NCBI GenBank assembly: GCA_028345295.1 | Contig: JAOMDA010000005.1 | Coordinates: 1,117-65,116 of the forward strand | Length of the DNA: 64,000 nucleotides | Source of the DNA: Candidatus Nitrosopelagicus sp. | GTDB lineage: Archaea > Thermoproteota > Nitrososphaeria > Nitrososphaerales > Nitrosopumilaceae | Direction of reading: 5' to 3' | Shown: positions 9,633-20,569 of the stretch, piece after piece | How positions within the stretch are numbered: the stretch's first letter is position 1 | Layout: each line of letters begins with the position of its first letter | Position numbers and translations under genes: made by a program | The notes under the pieces: model-generated | The model's database searches: none | Seen by the model: the letters and a program-made list of their open reading frames with translations, nothing else | What the model was told of the DNA's origin: nothing

Positions 9633-10264
9633 TATTTTCTTTTCTCCATTGATGCTTTCACTTTTTTTAATCTTGCAAATTCCTCTCTTTCTCTTTCTTC
9701 AAGTGTTGCCAAAATATATCTAACATTTCGAGTATACTGAGGAATAATTATGTTTTCTAATGCATTTAGTAGCTTTTGGGTCTTTTCAAGTGCTTTTGCA
9801 AGGCTAAAAATTGAGTTTTCAAATTCAGCAGCCTTACAAATTTTCGGAAGAAGTTCTTTGATTTGTTTGGCACCACGATCAATTGATGAATTTGTATCAG
9901 CAAATCCGTATGGCATTGTTTTAGTATCTTTTTCTGTAACGCTGAGTATAGGAATTGTTACATCTACAACTCGTTTTATTCCAGATTCAACTTCCATAAC
10001 TGCCGGAGTTGTTTGTGCCACAGAATCCACAGTAGAAACTCCTAATGATAAATATGATTCATTTACTGATTTGTAAATATCTTGTAATGGATCCCAAATG
10101 CCTCCTCTTGTCTTTTGAGCCTCGGTAATCATTTCTTCAATATTTTTTAGCAATACTTTTCGCTTATCATCTAGAATTTTCTGGACCATCGTGGCAACTT
10201 GTGTTGAACGTTTGTATTTGAATAGTTCAATCTTTGTAGCAACAACATTTTGTCCAAATGACAT
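9632..10264 (-). CDS. atpD: A-type ATPase subunit D
   Basis: VVATKIELF, KTQKLLNALENIIIP, LEEREREEFARLK. Confidence 0.95.
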   Translation of the reverse strand: MSFGQNVVATKIELFKYKRSTQVATMVQKILDDKRKVLLKNIEEMITEAQKTRGGIWDPLQDIYKSVNESYLSLGVSTVDSVAQTTPAVMEVESGIKRVVDVTIPILSVTEKDTKTMPYGFADTNSSIDRGAKQIKELLPKICKAAEFENSIFSLAKALEKTQKLLNALENIIIPQYTRNVRYILATLEEREREEFARLKKVKASMEKRK

Positions 10265-10271
10265 TAAAAAT

Positions 10272-11654
10272 TTACTCCTTGTAGTATTGTTCTATGAACT
10301 TGTCTTTGACCTTTGTAAGCTCGTTTTTAGGTAGATTTGAAATAGTACTCCATTGAAGTCCTAGTGTTTCTTCAATAGTACGATTTTCGTCAATTGCTTG
10401 TGTTAAAAATTTATTCTCAAATTCATCACCAAAATTCATATAATTTAGATCAACGTCAGTGAGTCCTGCCTTACCAACAATTCCTGCTAGTGCTCTTACT
10501 TCCTGTGCTCTAGAATACGCATCATAATTTTGGTTTGATACCTCCTGGTGATCAGCACGTGTTCTTCCATCACCAATTCCATCTTTCATAATTCTACTAA
10601 GGCTCATCAAAATGTTAACTGGAGGATAAACCCCTTGTCTAAACAAATCTCTTCCAAGAACAATTTGTCCTTCAGTAATATATCCAGTAAGGTCTGGAAT
10701 TGGATGAGTAATATCATCTGATGGCATTGATAAAATTGGCATCTGTGTAACACTTCCATTTTTGCCCTTTAATCTTCCAGCTCTTTCATAGATTGTTGAG
10801 AGATCAGTATACAAATATCCTGGATATCCTTTCCTTCCTGGTACCTCTTCTCTTGCAGCACTAATCTCACGTAGTGCCTCAGCATAATTTGTCATATCAG
10901 TTAGAATTACAAGTACATGCATTCCAAGGTCATATGCAAGATATTCTGCTACTGTTAATGCTACACGAGGAGTGATAATTCTCTCTATTGCAGGATCATC
11001 TGCCAAATTTAAGAAAAGCACACTTCTTTTTAGTGCCCCAGATTCTTCAAGACTTCTTCTAAAATATTCTGCCTCACTATACTGTACACCAATTGCTGCA
11101 AAGACTACTGCAAATTCATCACTTGTTCCAACAACAGATGCTTGCCGTGCAATTTGTGCTGCTAAAATATTATGTGACATTCCAGAGCCGGAAAATATTG
11201 GAAGTTTTTGCCCTCTTACCAAAGTAAGCATTCCATCAATTACTGAAACACCTGTTTGGATGAAGTCTTTTGGATATTCTCTCTGTTCAGGGTTCATTGG
11301 TGCACCGTTAATATCTAAAAATGATGATGCAACAGGATCTGGTAATCCATCTTTTGGTCTACCTAGTCCATCAAAAACTCTTCCAAGAACTTGTTCAGAA
11401 ACTGGCATCTCCATAACTTTTCCAACAAACTTTGCATTTGTTCCAGAAACAGACAATCCAGTTGTGCCTTCAAATACCTGAACTATTGCTTTACCGTTTC
11501 CAACTTCAAGCACTTTACCTAGACGTTTTTCACCTTCATTTGTTTCAATTTCAACAAGTTCATCAAATGCAGCATTTTCAACACCATCAACAATTACTAA
11601 TGGTCCTTTAATTTCTGCAATCTTGCTATATTGTACTCCGCCTTTTGTACTCAA
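10272..11654 (-). CDS. atpB: A-type ATPase subunit B
   Basis: [36 protein letters not shown]. Confidence 0.97.
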   Translation of the reverse strand: MSTKGGVQYSKIAEIKGPLVIVDGVENAAFDELVEIETNEGEKRLGKVLEVGNGKAIVQVFEGTTGLSVSGTNAKFVGKVMEMPVSEQVLGRVFDGLGRPKDGLPDPVASSFLDINGAPMNPEQREYPKDFIQTGVSVIDGMLTLVRGQKLPIFSGSGMSHNILAAQIARQASVVGTSDEFAVVFAAIGVQYSEAEYFRRSLEESGALKRSVLFLNLADDPAIERIITPRVALTVAEYLAYDLGMHVLVILTDMTNYAEALREISAAREEVPGRKGYPGYLYTDLSTIYERAGRLKGKNGSVTQMPILSMPSDDITHPIPDLTGYITEGQIVLGRDLFRQGVYPPVNILMSLSRIMKDGIGDGRTRADHQEVSNQNYDAYSRAQEVRALAGIVGKAGLTDVDLNYMNFGDEFENKFLTQAIDENRTIEETLGLQWSTISNLPKNELTKVKDKFIEQYYKE

Positions 11655-13429
11655 TTCGAAACCTTTACTCCTGTAACATTTTTGAATTGTTCAACCATTT
11701 CGTTTTGTATTTTTTCTAGTTTATCCATTTCATCATCTTTTACTTCCATTCTTGCTTTAAGCAACGAGGCAATTACTGGCATTGCACGAATGTCTGCTAA
11801 TGCTGCACCATCTTTTAGTGCTTGCTGTCCTTGGTTGTAAAAGTCAACTAATAATTTCATAAGTTTGAATTGTTTTTCAGGACTACAGTATGTATCTACA
11901 TCATCAAATGAGTTTTGTTGTAAAATTCCAATTTTGATCATTCTTGCCACTTCTAGAATTAGTTTTTCTTCGTCTGGAAGTGCTTCTGGTCCTAAAAGCC
12001 TTACAATTTCTTTTAGTGTATCTTCTCTTTGTAGAATTCCATAAGTTTCACCTCTCAACTTTAGCCAGTCATCACTGATATTCTCAGACCACCATTTTGC
12101 AATATCTGCAAGATATCCTGAATAGCTGTTCATCCAGTTAATTGATGGATAATGCCTAGAATATGCAAGTTTGGCGTCAAGTGCCCAGAAAGTTTTGATG
12201 AATCTCATTGTATGTGTTGTAACAGGCTCAGTAAAGTCACCACCAGATGGAGATACTGCACCTACCAGAGATACAGAGCCATCACGTTCTGGACTTCCCG
12301 ATGCTCTAACTCGTCCTGCTCTTTCATAAAATTCTGCTAATCTAGATGCTAAATATGATGGATACCCCTCTTCTGCTGGCATTTCTTCTAATCTACCAGA
12401 CATTTCTCTTAGTGCTTCTGCCCATCTACTTGTAGAATCTGCTACAAGTACAACATCATATCCCATGTCTCTATAATATTCAGCAATTGTAACACCAGTG
12501 TAGATACTTGCTTCTCTTGCTGCTACTGGCATGTTTGAAGTGTTTGCAACAAGAACAGTTCTATCCATTAATGGTTTTCCTGTACGAGGATCTTTTAACT
12601 CTGGAAATTCTACCAATACTTCAGTCATCTCGTTTCCTCTTTCACCACAACCAATGTAGACTACTACTTGAGAATCAGCCCACTTTGCAATCTGATGTAA
12701 AGTAACTGTCTTTCCAGTTCCAAAAGCACCTGGAATTGAACCAGTTCCACCTTTGGCTAATGGGAAAAATGTATCAATAACTCTTTGACCAGTAAGTAAT
12801 GGAATTGTTGGATCATATCTTTTCAAGTATGGTCTAGGTGATCTTACAGGCCATTTGTGATACATCTTTAATGGAACTGTTTGACCATCTTTTTCAACAA
12901 CAGCAATTTCAGTTTCAAGATCATAATCTCCTTCGCTAACAATTTTTGTAATTTTTCCTCCGACATGATTTGGTGGGACAAGAATTTTGTGTTCAATTAA
13001 TGAAGATTCAGGTACAGTTCCAATGATGTTTCCTGGTTCTATCTCATCGCCAACTGAGACAGTTGGAGTGAAATGATATTTTTTTGTCATATCAACAGGA
13101 GTTGTTGTAATTCCACGTCCGATAAAAGAACCAGATTTGTCTGCCAAGTCTTTTAGTGGTCTCTGAATTCCGTCATAAATTTGACCAATAATTCCAGGAC
13201 CTAAGAGAACACTAAGTGGATTACCCGTGCCTACTACAGGCTCACCAGGTTTTAGACCGCTGGTTGATTCATAAACTTGAATAAATGCTACATCACCTGT
13301 CAGACGAATTACTTCACCAATTAATTTTGCATCACCAACAGATACAGTTTCATACATTTTTGCATCAGACATTCCATCAGCTCTAACTGCTGGACCGCTT
13401 ACCCATACAATTCTACCTTGTGCTACCAT
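11651..13429 (-). CDS. atpA: A-type ATPase catalytic subunit A
   Basis: Walker [25 protein letters not shown]. Confidence 0.97.
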   Translation of the reverse strand: MVAQGRIVWVSGPAVRADGMSDAKMYETVSVGDAKLIGEVIRLTGDVAFIQVYESTSGLKPGEPVVGTGNPLSVLLGPGIIGQIYDGIQRPLKDLADKSGSFIGRGITTTPVDMTKKYHFTPTVSVGDEIEPGNIIGTVPESSLIEHKILVPPNHVGGKITKIVSEGDYDLETEIAVVEKDGQTVPLKMYHKWPVRSPRPYLKRYDPTIPLLTGQRVIDTFFPLAKGGTGSIPGAFGTGKTVTLHQIAKWADSQVVVYIGCGERGNEMTEVLVEFPELKDPRTGKPLMDRTVLVANTSNMPVAAREASIYTGVTIAEYYRDMGYDVVLVADSTSRWAEALREMSGRLEEMPAEEGYPSYLASRLAEFYERAGRVRASGSPERDGSVSLVGAVSPSGGDFTEPVTTHTMRFIKTFWALDAKLAYSRHYPSINWMNSYSGYLADIAKWWSENISDDWLKLRGETYGILQREDTLKEIVRLLGPEALPDEEKLILEVARMIKIGILQQNSFDDVDTYCSPEKQFKLMKLLVDFYNQGQQALKDGAALADIRAMPVIASLLKARMEVKDDEMDKLEKIQNEMVEQFKNVTGVKVSN

Positions 13430-13430
13430 T

Positions 13431-14036
13431 TTAATTTCCTAAGTTGAATTCTGCTGCAATATTTTTCCTTATTAAAGGCTTCATTCTTTCAAATCGTGCA
13501 TCGATCGTGTTATCAAAAGTCATTGAACCATCTTTTGATGTGATCTTAATACCTCCCATACAATCAATTTCTTCTGAAGAAAACTCTGCACCAGAAATTT
13601 TTGAAATTGCTGATTGAACAACTTCCTTATCTTTTGAATTTGTGTAAACTATAATTTCAGATATACCCAAAGCCTCAGTGGCTTCAGTAATTAATGAAGA
13701 AATTAGATTCGAGTAATTGGAATCTCTTTTGGTATTTTGGATCTGATCTTTTGCCTTTTCAAATACTTTGGCTGTATGCTCTTCAATAAGCAAAAGTGCC
13801 TTATTTCTAACTTCTAGATCGGAACTTCCAACTATCTGTTTTTCGATTTTTTCTGCCTCTTTTTGACCTTCAGAGATGATTTTGTCATATTCCTTTTCTA
13901 ATTCAGATAGCGATTCAGATAATTTACCTTGAGATTCAGAAAATGACGATTTTAATGACTCTAGTAATTGAGATCTATTCTTTTCAAGTACCTGATCGAC
14001 TGTTTTTTCAAGTGATAAATCTGTCAATGATGGCAT
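13431..14036 (-). CDS. atpE: A-type ATPase subunit E
   Basis: Coiled coil plus [19 protein letters not shown]; ATG 14036 preferred over the track start. Confidence 0.9.
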   Translation of the reverse strand: MPSLTDLSLEKTVDQVLEKNRSQLLESLKSSFSESQGKLSESLSELEKEYDKIISEGQKEAEKIEKQIVGSSDLEVRNKALLLIEEHTAKVFEKAKDQIQNTKRDSNYSNLISSLITEATEALGISEIIVYTNSKDKEVVQSAISKISGAEFSSEEIDCMGGIKITSKDGSMTFDNTIDARFERMKPLIRKNIAAEFNLGN

Positions 14037-14118
14037 TTTTTTGAAAGTGGATTTAATTGTTGTCACAAAAAAAAAATTTCGCAACATTTTAAACCCTATT
14101 GTAAAACGGAAAATTACT

Positions 14119-16212
14119 TTGGCAGTAGCAGATCTAAAATTTGGAACAGTTATTCTTCCAAGATCGGACTCTCCGAAGGCAATTTCCGAGCTAGCAAAAT
14201 TCGAATGGTTTCACAAAATTGACTCTGAAAATGATACAGTTACGCCTGAAATAGATGATGTTTTGCTAAGTGCCCAAAAGACATTCCAAGCAATTGATGA
14301 GGTAGTTAAGGGTCTTGGAATTCCACTCACAACAGGAATAATGGAGATTCTTTTCAAGGGAACTGTTATCAAAAAGGATCAATATCAATTGGACGATCTA
14401 AAATCGATGGTTACTGATCTAGAAAAAAAATACTCATCAATAATTGAGGAACCAACAAAGCTTCTCAAAGAAAGTGAAGACATCAAACGATCACTAACTG
14501 AATTTCAAACAATAAAGGAGGCACTGTTACTTGTCAAAAAATTAGATGTTGACATAGGAAGTCTGGGATTCATGACTCATTTTTATACAAATATGTTTAT
14601 AATAAAAAAATCTGACTTTGATGAGATTTCAAGAACTTTACAAAATGTAACTATTTACAAATATGAATTAGATAGTAAAGAGGAATCTGCAATAATTATA
14701 ATTGCAGATTCACAAGAGACTGATAAAGTTCTAAAAGTTATGCGAAGTTTTAATTCAAACCCATTTACAATTCCACAGGGAGTTTCTCAAATTCCTAGCA
14801 AAGCATTCCAGTTTTCAGAATCAAAGATTAAAGAACTTACTGCAAGACAAAAATCACTAACCAAAGAAATCCAAAAACTTACAAAAAAGGAAAGAGCCGA
14901 AATTCTTTCAATACATGAAAAGGCATACGTAACAAAAGAAATTCTTGAGAGTTTGCGAAAACCTGGTGGCACAAGAAGTTTTTCCATAATACAAGGATAT
15001 ATTCCAGCAAAAATGGAAAAAGAATTCAAAAGTGTTACTGGTGAATGGATGTCGGTTATAGAAGACATTAAGGATACGAAACTTTCTGCACAAGCACCAG
15101 TTCTAATGCAAAATCCAAAATTTGCAAGAACTTTTGAAGTAATTACAGAAAGTCAGGGAATTCCAAAGCATGGTGAATCAGATCCTACTCCAATGATTGC
15201 TATCATGTGGCCAATATTTTATGGCTTGATGTTTGCAGATGTAGGTCATGGTCTATTACTAATGGGATTAGGATTACTTTTCAAAATGAAAGGACAAGGA
15301 AATCTTTCACGATGGGGAATGCTAATTGCAATCTCTGGTGCAGCAGCAGCAATTGCTGGCGTTGGTCAAGGTGAGGCGTTTGGGTTCCATATTCATTACT
15401 TTGAACCATTTGGGACACTGTTACATGAAGGTGGACTATTATACCCAGTTTCATGGATTGTAGGCGTCATCAGTGTTGCAGAATTAACATTTGAACAAGT
15501 AATTACAATTCTCAAAGTTTCAATATTCTTAGGAATAGTTCATCTTCTTTGGGCATTTGCACTACGAATTATCAAACTTGCAAAAGATGGACACAAGCTT
15601 ACAATGTTTACAGAAGCAATTCCAAATGTTACTCTTTACGGAGGAATTGTAGTAATCATGATGTGTGCAATTGGTTCAGGCTATGATGTAATGGGTATGT
15701 ACAAGAGCATTCATACGGAATCAGTTCCATGGGTTACAGTTTTCCTTGGTGAATGGGCTCAAGTCTGGATAATTTCTAGAATTGCAATAATTATCACAAT
15801 TGCATCTATTGTAATTATGATGGTTGGGGGAATAATGCACAACAAAAGACATCCGGAGGAAGGCGGAAGTATGGTGAATGTTGTCATAGAAGTTTTGCTT
15901 GGAAAATCAATTGAATGTCTTGCTCATACAATCAGCTATGCACGTATTGGAATTATGCTGCTTGTACACGCCGCACTTTTACTGACAGTTAACAATTCAT
16001 TTGAAAGTATGGGAGGATGGGAATCTCCAACTGGAGCTGCACTGATAATTGGTGGTAACATTGGAATTATGATGATTGAAGGACTGATTGTTTTCATTCA
16101 AGCACTAAGGCTTCATCTTTATGAGTTCTTTACAAAATGGTATGATGGTGGAGGCAAGCCGTTCAAACAATTAGTGCCAGAGATGCTCTACAACCAATTC
16201 AAGTGGAAATAA
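14119..16212 (+). CDS. atpI: A-type ATPase subunit I (a), divergently transcribed
   Basis: IQGYIP, ESDPTP..WPIFYGLMFADVG, SYARIG, RLHLYEFFTKWY; TTG 14119 is 26 nt after TTTTAAA. Confidence 0.95.
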   Translation: MAVADLKFGTVILPRSDSPKAISELAKFEWFHKIDSENDTVTPEIDDVLLSAQKTFQAIDEVVKGLGIPLTTGIMEILFKGTVIKKDQYQLDDLKSMVTDLEKKYSSIIEEPTKLLKESEDIKRSLTEFQTIKEALLLVKKLDVDIGSLGFMTHFYTNMFIIKKSDFDEISRTLQNVTIYKYELDSKEESAIIIIADSQETDKVLKVMRSFNSNPFTIPQGVSQIPSKAFQFSESKIKELTARQKSLTKEIQKLTKKERAEILSIHEKAYVTKEILESLRKPGGTRSFSIIQGYIPAKMEKEFKSVTGEWMSVIEDIKDTKLSAQAPVLMQNPKFARTFEVITESQGIPKHGESDPTPMIAIMWPIFYGLMFADVGHGLLLMGLGLLFKMKGQGNLSRWGMLIAISGAAAAIAGVGQGEAFGFHIHYFEPFGTLLHEGGLLYPVSWIVGVISVAELTFEQVITILKVSIFLGIVHLLWAFALRIIKLAKDGHKLTMFTEAIPNVTLYGGIVVIMMCAIGSGYDVMGMYKSIHTESVPWVTVFLGEWAQVWIISRIAIIITIASIVIMMVGGIMHNKRHPEEGGSMVNVVIEVLLGKSIECLAHTISYARIGIMLLVHAALLLTVNNSFESMGGWESPTGAALIIGGNIGIMMIEGLIVFIQALRLHLYEFFTKWYDGGGKPFKQLVPEMLYNQFKWK

Positions 16213-16219
16213 AAAATAA

Positions 16220-16990
16220 TTACTCTACAGGAAGTTCTAGGTTATTACCCCATTCACCCCAAGAACCCAAATAGACTCTAACATTTTTGAAACCGATTTT
16301 TTTTAATGCAAGAAAACTGTTTGCTGCCCTGTATGCACCCTGACAATATGTGACAATTGGAGTATCTTTGTCAATTTCATAAAGAGATGCCAATTTTTCA
16401 TCATTTTTGAATAAACCTTCCTCAATATTCTTGCTCCAATCAATGTTAATTGCAGTAGGAATATGACCTCCACGAGCTGCTCTCGGAATAGTACCCTCAA
16501 ATTCATCCTTTGAGCGCGCATCGATGATGGTTATTTTTCCAATATTTTCTTTGATGTATTCAAAGCCTGTAATTATTGAGGTATCAATGGGGGTGGTAAG
16601 ATTTGACGGTGAATACTTTGTTGGTTCCGTTTCAGTATCAAGTTTTTCATTTATCCATTTTGTGAATCCGCCATCAAGCATACAAACATCAGGATGTGAA
16701 AAATATTGGCAAAGCCATACACCTCTAGCTGCTAACATACCTGAAACATTATCATAAAATACAATTTTCTTGTTTTCATCAATTCCTGCAAAAGATAGAA
16801 GTTTTCTGGTTTGCTCATTAAAACTTGCTATTCCATTTTGAGATGTATCAAACCAATGAAATGCAAAAAGATCCAAGTTTACTGCACCAGGAATGTGACC
16901 TTTGGAATATTCTCCAAATGAGCGAGTATCAACTATCAATACATTCTCATCTTGGAAAATCTGTTTTAGATTATCAGTACTAATCAGCAT
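16220..16990 (-). CDS. Tandem-domain rhodanese / thiosulfate sulfurtransferase
   Basis: VDTRSFGEYSKGHIPGA, LDGG, active-site TYCQGAYRA, YLGSWGEW. Confidence 0.9.
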   Translation of the reverse strand: MLISTDNLKQIFQDENVLIVDTRSFGEYSKGHIPGAVNLDLFAFHWFDTSQNGIASFNEQTRKLLSFAGIDENKKIVFYDNVSGMLAARGVWLCQYFSHPDVCMLDGGFTKWINEKLDTETEPTKYSPSNLTTPIDTSIITGFEYIKENIGKITIIDARSKDEFEGTIPRAARGGHIPTAINIDWSKNIEEGLFKNDEKLASLYEIDKDTPIVTYCQGAYRAANSFLALKKIGFKNVRVYLGSWGEWGNNLELPVE

Positions 16991-17029
16991 TAGACAAATT
17001 ACCAAATCAAACTAAATGAATGTTAAATT

Positions 17030-17043
17030 TTAGCACTTGCTAA
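17030..17043. promoter_or_regulatory. Palindrome TTAGCA-ct-TGCTAA upstream of the rhodanese gene
   Basis: Exact 6+6 inverted repeat next to an AT-rich TATA-like tract. Confidence 0.3.
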
Positions 17044-17046
17044 GGT

Positions 17047-17085
17047 TCGAAATTAAAAAAAAGAAAAAAGAAAATTTGGTTTTTC
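17047..17085 (-). terminator. Oligo-T terminator of amt
   Basis: Long T-rich tract on the minus strand immediately after the amt stop. Confidence 0.5.
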
Positions 17086-18639
17086 TTATTCGTTTACGTA
17101 TGCTCTTTCACCGTTCTGGGCAAGATCAAGTCCAATCTCCTCTTCTTTAGGAGTGACTCTGATTCCACCTGGCCAAACTGCATCCATGATCTTCAAGATT
17201 ACAATTGAGATACCAAATGCATATGCAACTGACATCAAAGCACCAACAATGTTGATTGCTTGTTGTTCGTAACCTTCTGGTGTACCTGTCCATGCACCGA
17301 TACCATCGCCAGTATCCCAAATATGTGGGCTAGCTAGTGTACCAGTTAAGATAGCACCTGTTAGACCGCCCATTCCGTGGACTCCCCAAACGTCGAGAGC
17401 ATCATCCCACTTGCGAGCGTTCTTGAATGCAACACAGCCATAACAAACTGTACCTGCAGCAATGCCGATGATTATTGATGCCATTGGTCCAACCCAACCA
17501 GATGCTGGTGTGATTGCTACCAGGCCTGCAACGGCTCCTGTTGCCGCACCCACAATACTTGCTTTACCTGTGTGTGCCCAGCTCATTAACAGCCACGTTA
17601 CGGAAGCCATACCGGTTGCCGTGTTTGTAACTGCCCATGCGCTTACAGTGATTCCATCAGCTAATACCTCACTTCCTGCATTGAAGCCGAACCAACCGAA
17701 CCATAGTATTGATGCACCAAGTACTACCATAGGTACATTGTGTGGTTCCATTGGAACTTTTCCATAGCCTAATCTTCTTCCGAGGACTAGTGCTCCAGCA
17801 AGTGCTGCAAATCCTGATGAAATATGAACTACAGTTCCGCCTGCGAAGTCAAGGCCATAACTTGGTGATAAGTCCGGATCGAAATCCATGTTGCCTATGT
17901 ATCCACCGCCCCATACCCAATGACAAATTGGGTCATAGACGAATGTTCCCCATAGGAGGACAAAAACCACTAAAGCGCTGAACTTCATACGATCAACGAG
18001 ACCACCAACAATTAGTGCTGGTGTGATGATTGCGAAGGTACATTGGAACATAGCAAACAATAGGTGTGGCACTGTGCCAGGCCATGCTGTACTACATACA
18101 TCCCCTTCCTTCATCTCTTGCATTTGGTAATAGTATGACCATGTATCAAAGCATGAATCTGGTTCACCTAATGGTGCCCACTGTGAAACCATATTAAGTC
18201 CCACATAATCCAAGTTGCCCATGAACATGTTAGCGTCATTATCTACGCCACCAAATGACAATGAGTATCCCCACAAAACCCATTGAACACTCATCAGACC
18301 CATGATAATGAATACCATACCAATTGTGTTGGTTGCATTCTTTGATCTTGCTAATCCTCCGTAGAAGAAAGCAACACCAGGAGTCATGAAGAGTACCAGT
18401 GAGCTAGCGGTTAGCATCCAAGCTGTATCACCTGTATCAATCATACAATACATGTCAGGGACGCCGTCATCATCAGTGTCGTACCAACATTCGTTTGGAT
18501 TTCCAGTATAGATACTGTAATCCGGACCCGGCATGCCATCACTGACTTGCTGAGCATACGCTGTTGATAAGGCACCTGTTGCCGTCATAGCGACTGCAGC
18601 AATAAGTATTAGAGCATACTTATTGTTTCGAGATTTCAT
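17086..18639 (-). CDS. amt: Ammonium transporter (Amt family)
   Basis: DTGDTAW, DFAGGTVVH, GWFGFNAGS, DDALDVWGVH (twin His), GLDLAQNGERAY; strong codon bias. Confidence 0.97.
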   Translation of the reverse strand: MKSRNNKYALILIAAVAMTATGALSTAYAQQVSDGMPGPDYSIYTGNPNECWYDTDDDGVPDMYCMIDTGDTAWMLTASSLVLFMTPGVAFFYGGLARSKNATNTIGMVFIIMGLMSVQWVLWGYSLSFGGVDNDANMFMGNLDYVGLNMVSQWAPLGEPDSCFDTWSYYYQMQEMKEGDVCSTAWPGTVPHLLFAMFQCTFAIITPALIVGGLVDRMKFSALVVFVLLWGTFVYDPICHWVWGGGYIGNMDFDPDLSPSYGLDFAGGTVVHISSGFAALAGALVLGRRLGYGKVPMEPHNVPMVVLGASILWFGWFGFNAGSEVLADGITVSAWAVTNTATGMASVTWLLMSWAHTGKASIVGAATGAVAGLVAITPASGWVGPMASIIIGIAAGTVCYGCVAFKNARKWDDALDVWGVHGMGGLTGAILTGTLASPHIWDTGDGIGAWTGTPEGYEQQAINIVGALMSVAYAFGISIVILKIMDAVWPGGIRVTPKEEEIGLDLAQNGERAYVNE

Positions 18640-18728
18640 TGATCAAAATCGCTGAATGAATATATTTAAGATTTAAGATACAAAATACATCTAGAGTGTA
18701 AATTGATATATTTTTATATATTATGATA

Positions 18729-18756
18729 ATAACATAGAATAATGAAATTATGTTAT
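18729..18756. promoter_or_regulatory. Inverted repeat ATAACATA-N12-TATGTTAT between divergent amt and the wHTH gene
   Basis: 8-bp perfect arms read from the sequence. Confidence 0.35.
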
Positions 18757-18794
18757 CTAAACTGTGCTCATATTGGAAGAAGGTGCAATGATAT

Positions 18795-19460
18795 TTGGTA
18801 GAAAAAAAGACAAAGTTATCAATATTTGATACTTTCAAGACAAAAACACAGCATCTTACAGGTGAAGCTAAAAGGCAGAGACTAATCATCCAGCATCTTA
18901 CAGACTCCACAAGTTCTGCATCAAAAACTAGAACAGCGATTTCTCAAAAGATTGCAGAAGAAAATGGCATTAAATGGAAGAATATCTACTCTGGTGTCTT
19001 TAGGGATCTTGATGAGGTTCTAATTCCATTGGGATTAGTAGAAGAAGAAGGAAGACTTCCTCTGAAAAGAGGACCAAAAGCACTACAACAAAATGGAATG
19101 CCATTTTATCATTTAACAAATCAAGGACTATTAGTTGCATTATCAATAACTGAAGTGCAAACTCGGGAAATTATACTAGAGCAAATTGTTGCAAAAACTG
19201 ATGGAGACGAAAAAGATATTCTTCAAACAATTCAAAAGCTCATTTCAGTTGCTCCAACATTTGGCTATTCGCTTTTTGAAAGATATATCAAGACTTTTTG
19301 TCATGGTAATATTACAGAACTTCGTCCATTTACAATTGTAAATCTTAAAAAATCTGCTGATAAATCATCCAAGATTCAGATGGAGCTTCTAGAAGGTGTT
19401 TCAAAACTTCAGAAAATTGAACGTGAAGATGCTCTAGAATTTCTAAAAAAGATTGAGTAG
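18795..19460 (+). CDS. Conserved winged-helix-like protein
   Basis: TRTAISQKIAE..IYSGVFRDLDEVLIPLGLVEE..FYHLTNQG resembles a wHTH fold. Confidence 0.6.
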   Translation: MVEKKTKLSIFDTFKTKTQHLTGEAKRQRLIIQHLTDSTSSASKTRTAISQKIAEENGIKWKNIYSGVFRDLDEVLIPLGLVEEEGRLPLKRGPKALQQNGMPFYHLTNQGLLVALSITEVQTREIILEQIVAKTDGDEKDILQTIQKLISVAPTFGYSLFERYIKTFCHGNITELRPFTIVNLKKSADKSSKIQMELLEGVSKLQKIEREDALEFLKKIE

Positions 19461-19514
19461 ACTGTAAGGAATTTCTGCAAACATTTAAAATTACTTCAAG
19501 TTGAAAAAAATCAA

Positions 19515-20561
19515 ATGGGTTCTGGAAGTTCACAAAAAATCTTTACCACTGTAAAGTCGTTTAGCCAAAGAGGAAAACTTCTCTCAAGAGCCGATCTTCA
19601 GACTTTGGCAGAATCAAGAGATCTAGATGAACTTGTAACCAGGGTGAAAAATACAAAATATTTGGATTCTGTTTCCAGTGTTTCAAAACCATTTACAGCT
19701 GAAAAAATTGAATCTGCAATGCGAATGCATCTTGCTGATATACAAAATTCAATTACGAAATCTTCAGGAAGCGCCAAGATCTTAATTGCATATTTTCAAA
19801 AATTTCTCATTACTGACTTGAAGTTAATTTTGAAAGGAAAGGCACTAGGCAAATCACAAGAGGAAATAGAATCGTATGTCAACTTACATGCTGAAGAATT
19901 AGTCAAACAACGAGATGTAATTTTAAAGGCACTAATGGCTAAGGATTTGGACGAAGCAGCCTCAAATCTTGGTTCACTTGAATTTTCTGCAGATATTACA
20001 AAGGCTGTTACGTTATATAATGAGACAAAAAATATCCAGGTTTTTGATGCATATTTTGACAAAATTCTATACCAGAATATTAGCAATGCAGTACGGAATT
20101 CCGGTGATCAAGACGTTAGTCATATCTTTGGAATGGACATTGATTTCTATAATATTATGAGCGTTCTTAGAGGACATTTCTGGGAGCTCGAAGATCAAAA
20201 AATTGAAGATCTTCTAGTTACACCAACAGTCACTACACCAAAACATCTTTTGGAAAGAATGACTGCCGCTGAAAATGTTGCAGATGCACTTGATGAACTT
20301 TCAAGTACGAGGTACAAAGATTTGATTCCAGAGTCAGAAGATGATGCAGAAATGATTTCTAAATTTGAGCATTCCTTTGAGATGGCAACATACAAGGCAG
20401 TAAATGGTTCCTTTTCAAAGATGTTTAGCTTTGCAACAACTGTAGCAATTTCAAAATTAATTGCGTATGAAATTAGAAATATTTCGGCAATCGCATTTGC
20501 AGTTGAGCAAAAAATTCCAATTGAGACTACTATGGCTAAATTGATTATTTCAGAAGATTGA
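19515..20561 (+). CDS. atpC: A-type ATPase subunit C (d), detached from the main cluster
   Basis: RGKLLSRADL, DLKLILKGK, DIDFYNIMSVLRG, EIRNISAI. Confidence 0.9.
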   Translation: MGSGSSQKIFTTVKSFSQRGKLLSRADLQTLAESRDLDELVTRVKNTKYLDSVSSVSKPFTAEKIESAMRMHLADIQNSITKSSGSAKILIAYFQKFLITDLKLILKGKALGKSQEEIESYVNLHAEELVKQRDVILKALMAKDLDEAASNLGSLEFSADITKAVTLYNETKNIQVFDAYFDKILYQNISNAVRNSGDQDVSHIFGMDIDFYNIMSVLRGHFWELEDQKIEDLLVTPTVTTPKHLLERMTAAENVADALDELSSTRYKDLIPESEDDAEMISKFEHSFEMATYKAVNGSFSKMFSFATTVAISKLIAYEIRNISAIAFAVEQKIPIETTMAKLIISED

Positions 20562-20569
20562 TATTTTAA

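Noticed and set aside
17086-18639. Higher GC of amt as a sign of horizontal transfer or an RNA gene
   Set aside because: Explained by Gly/Ala-rich membrane protein composition and high-expression codon bias
9143-20561. Missing A-type subunit F as evidence of a decaying native ATPase
   Set aside because: Thaumarchaeal A-type genes are normally dispersed, the ORFs present are intact, and F is probably outside the window
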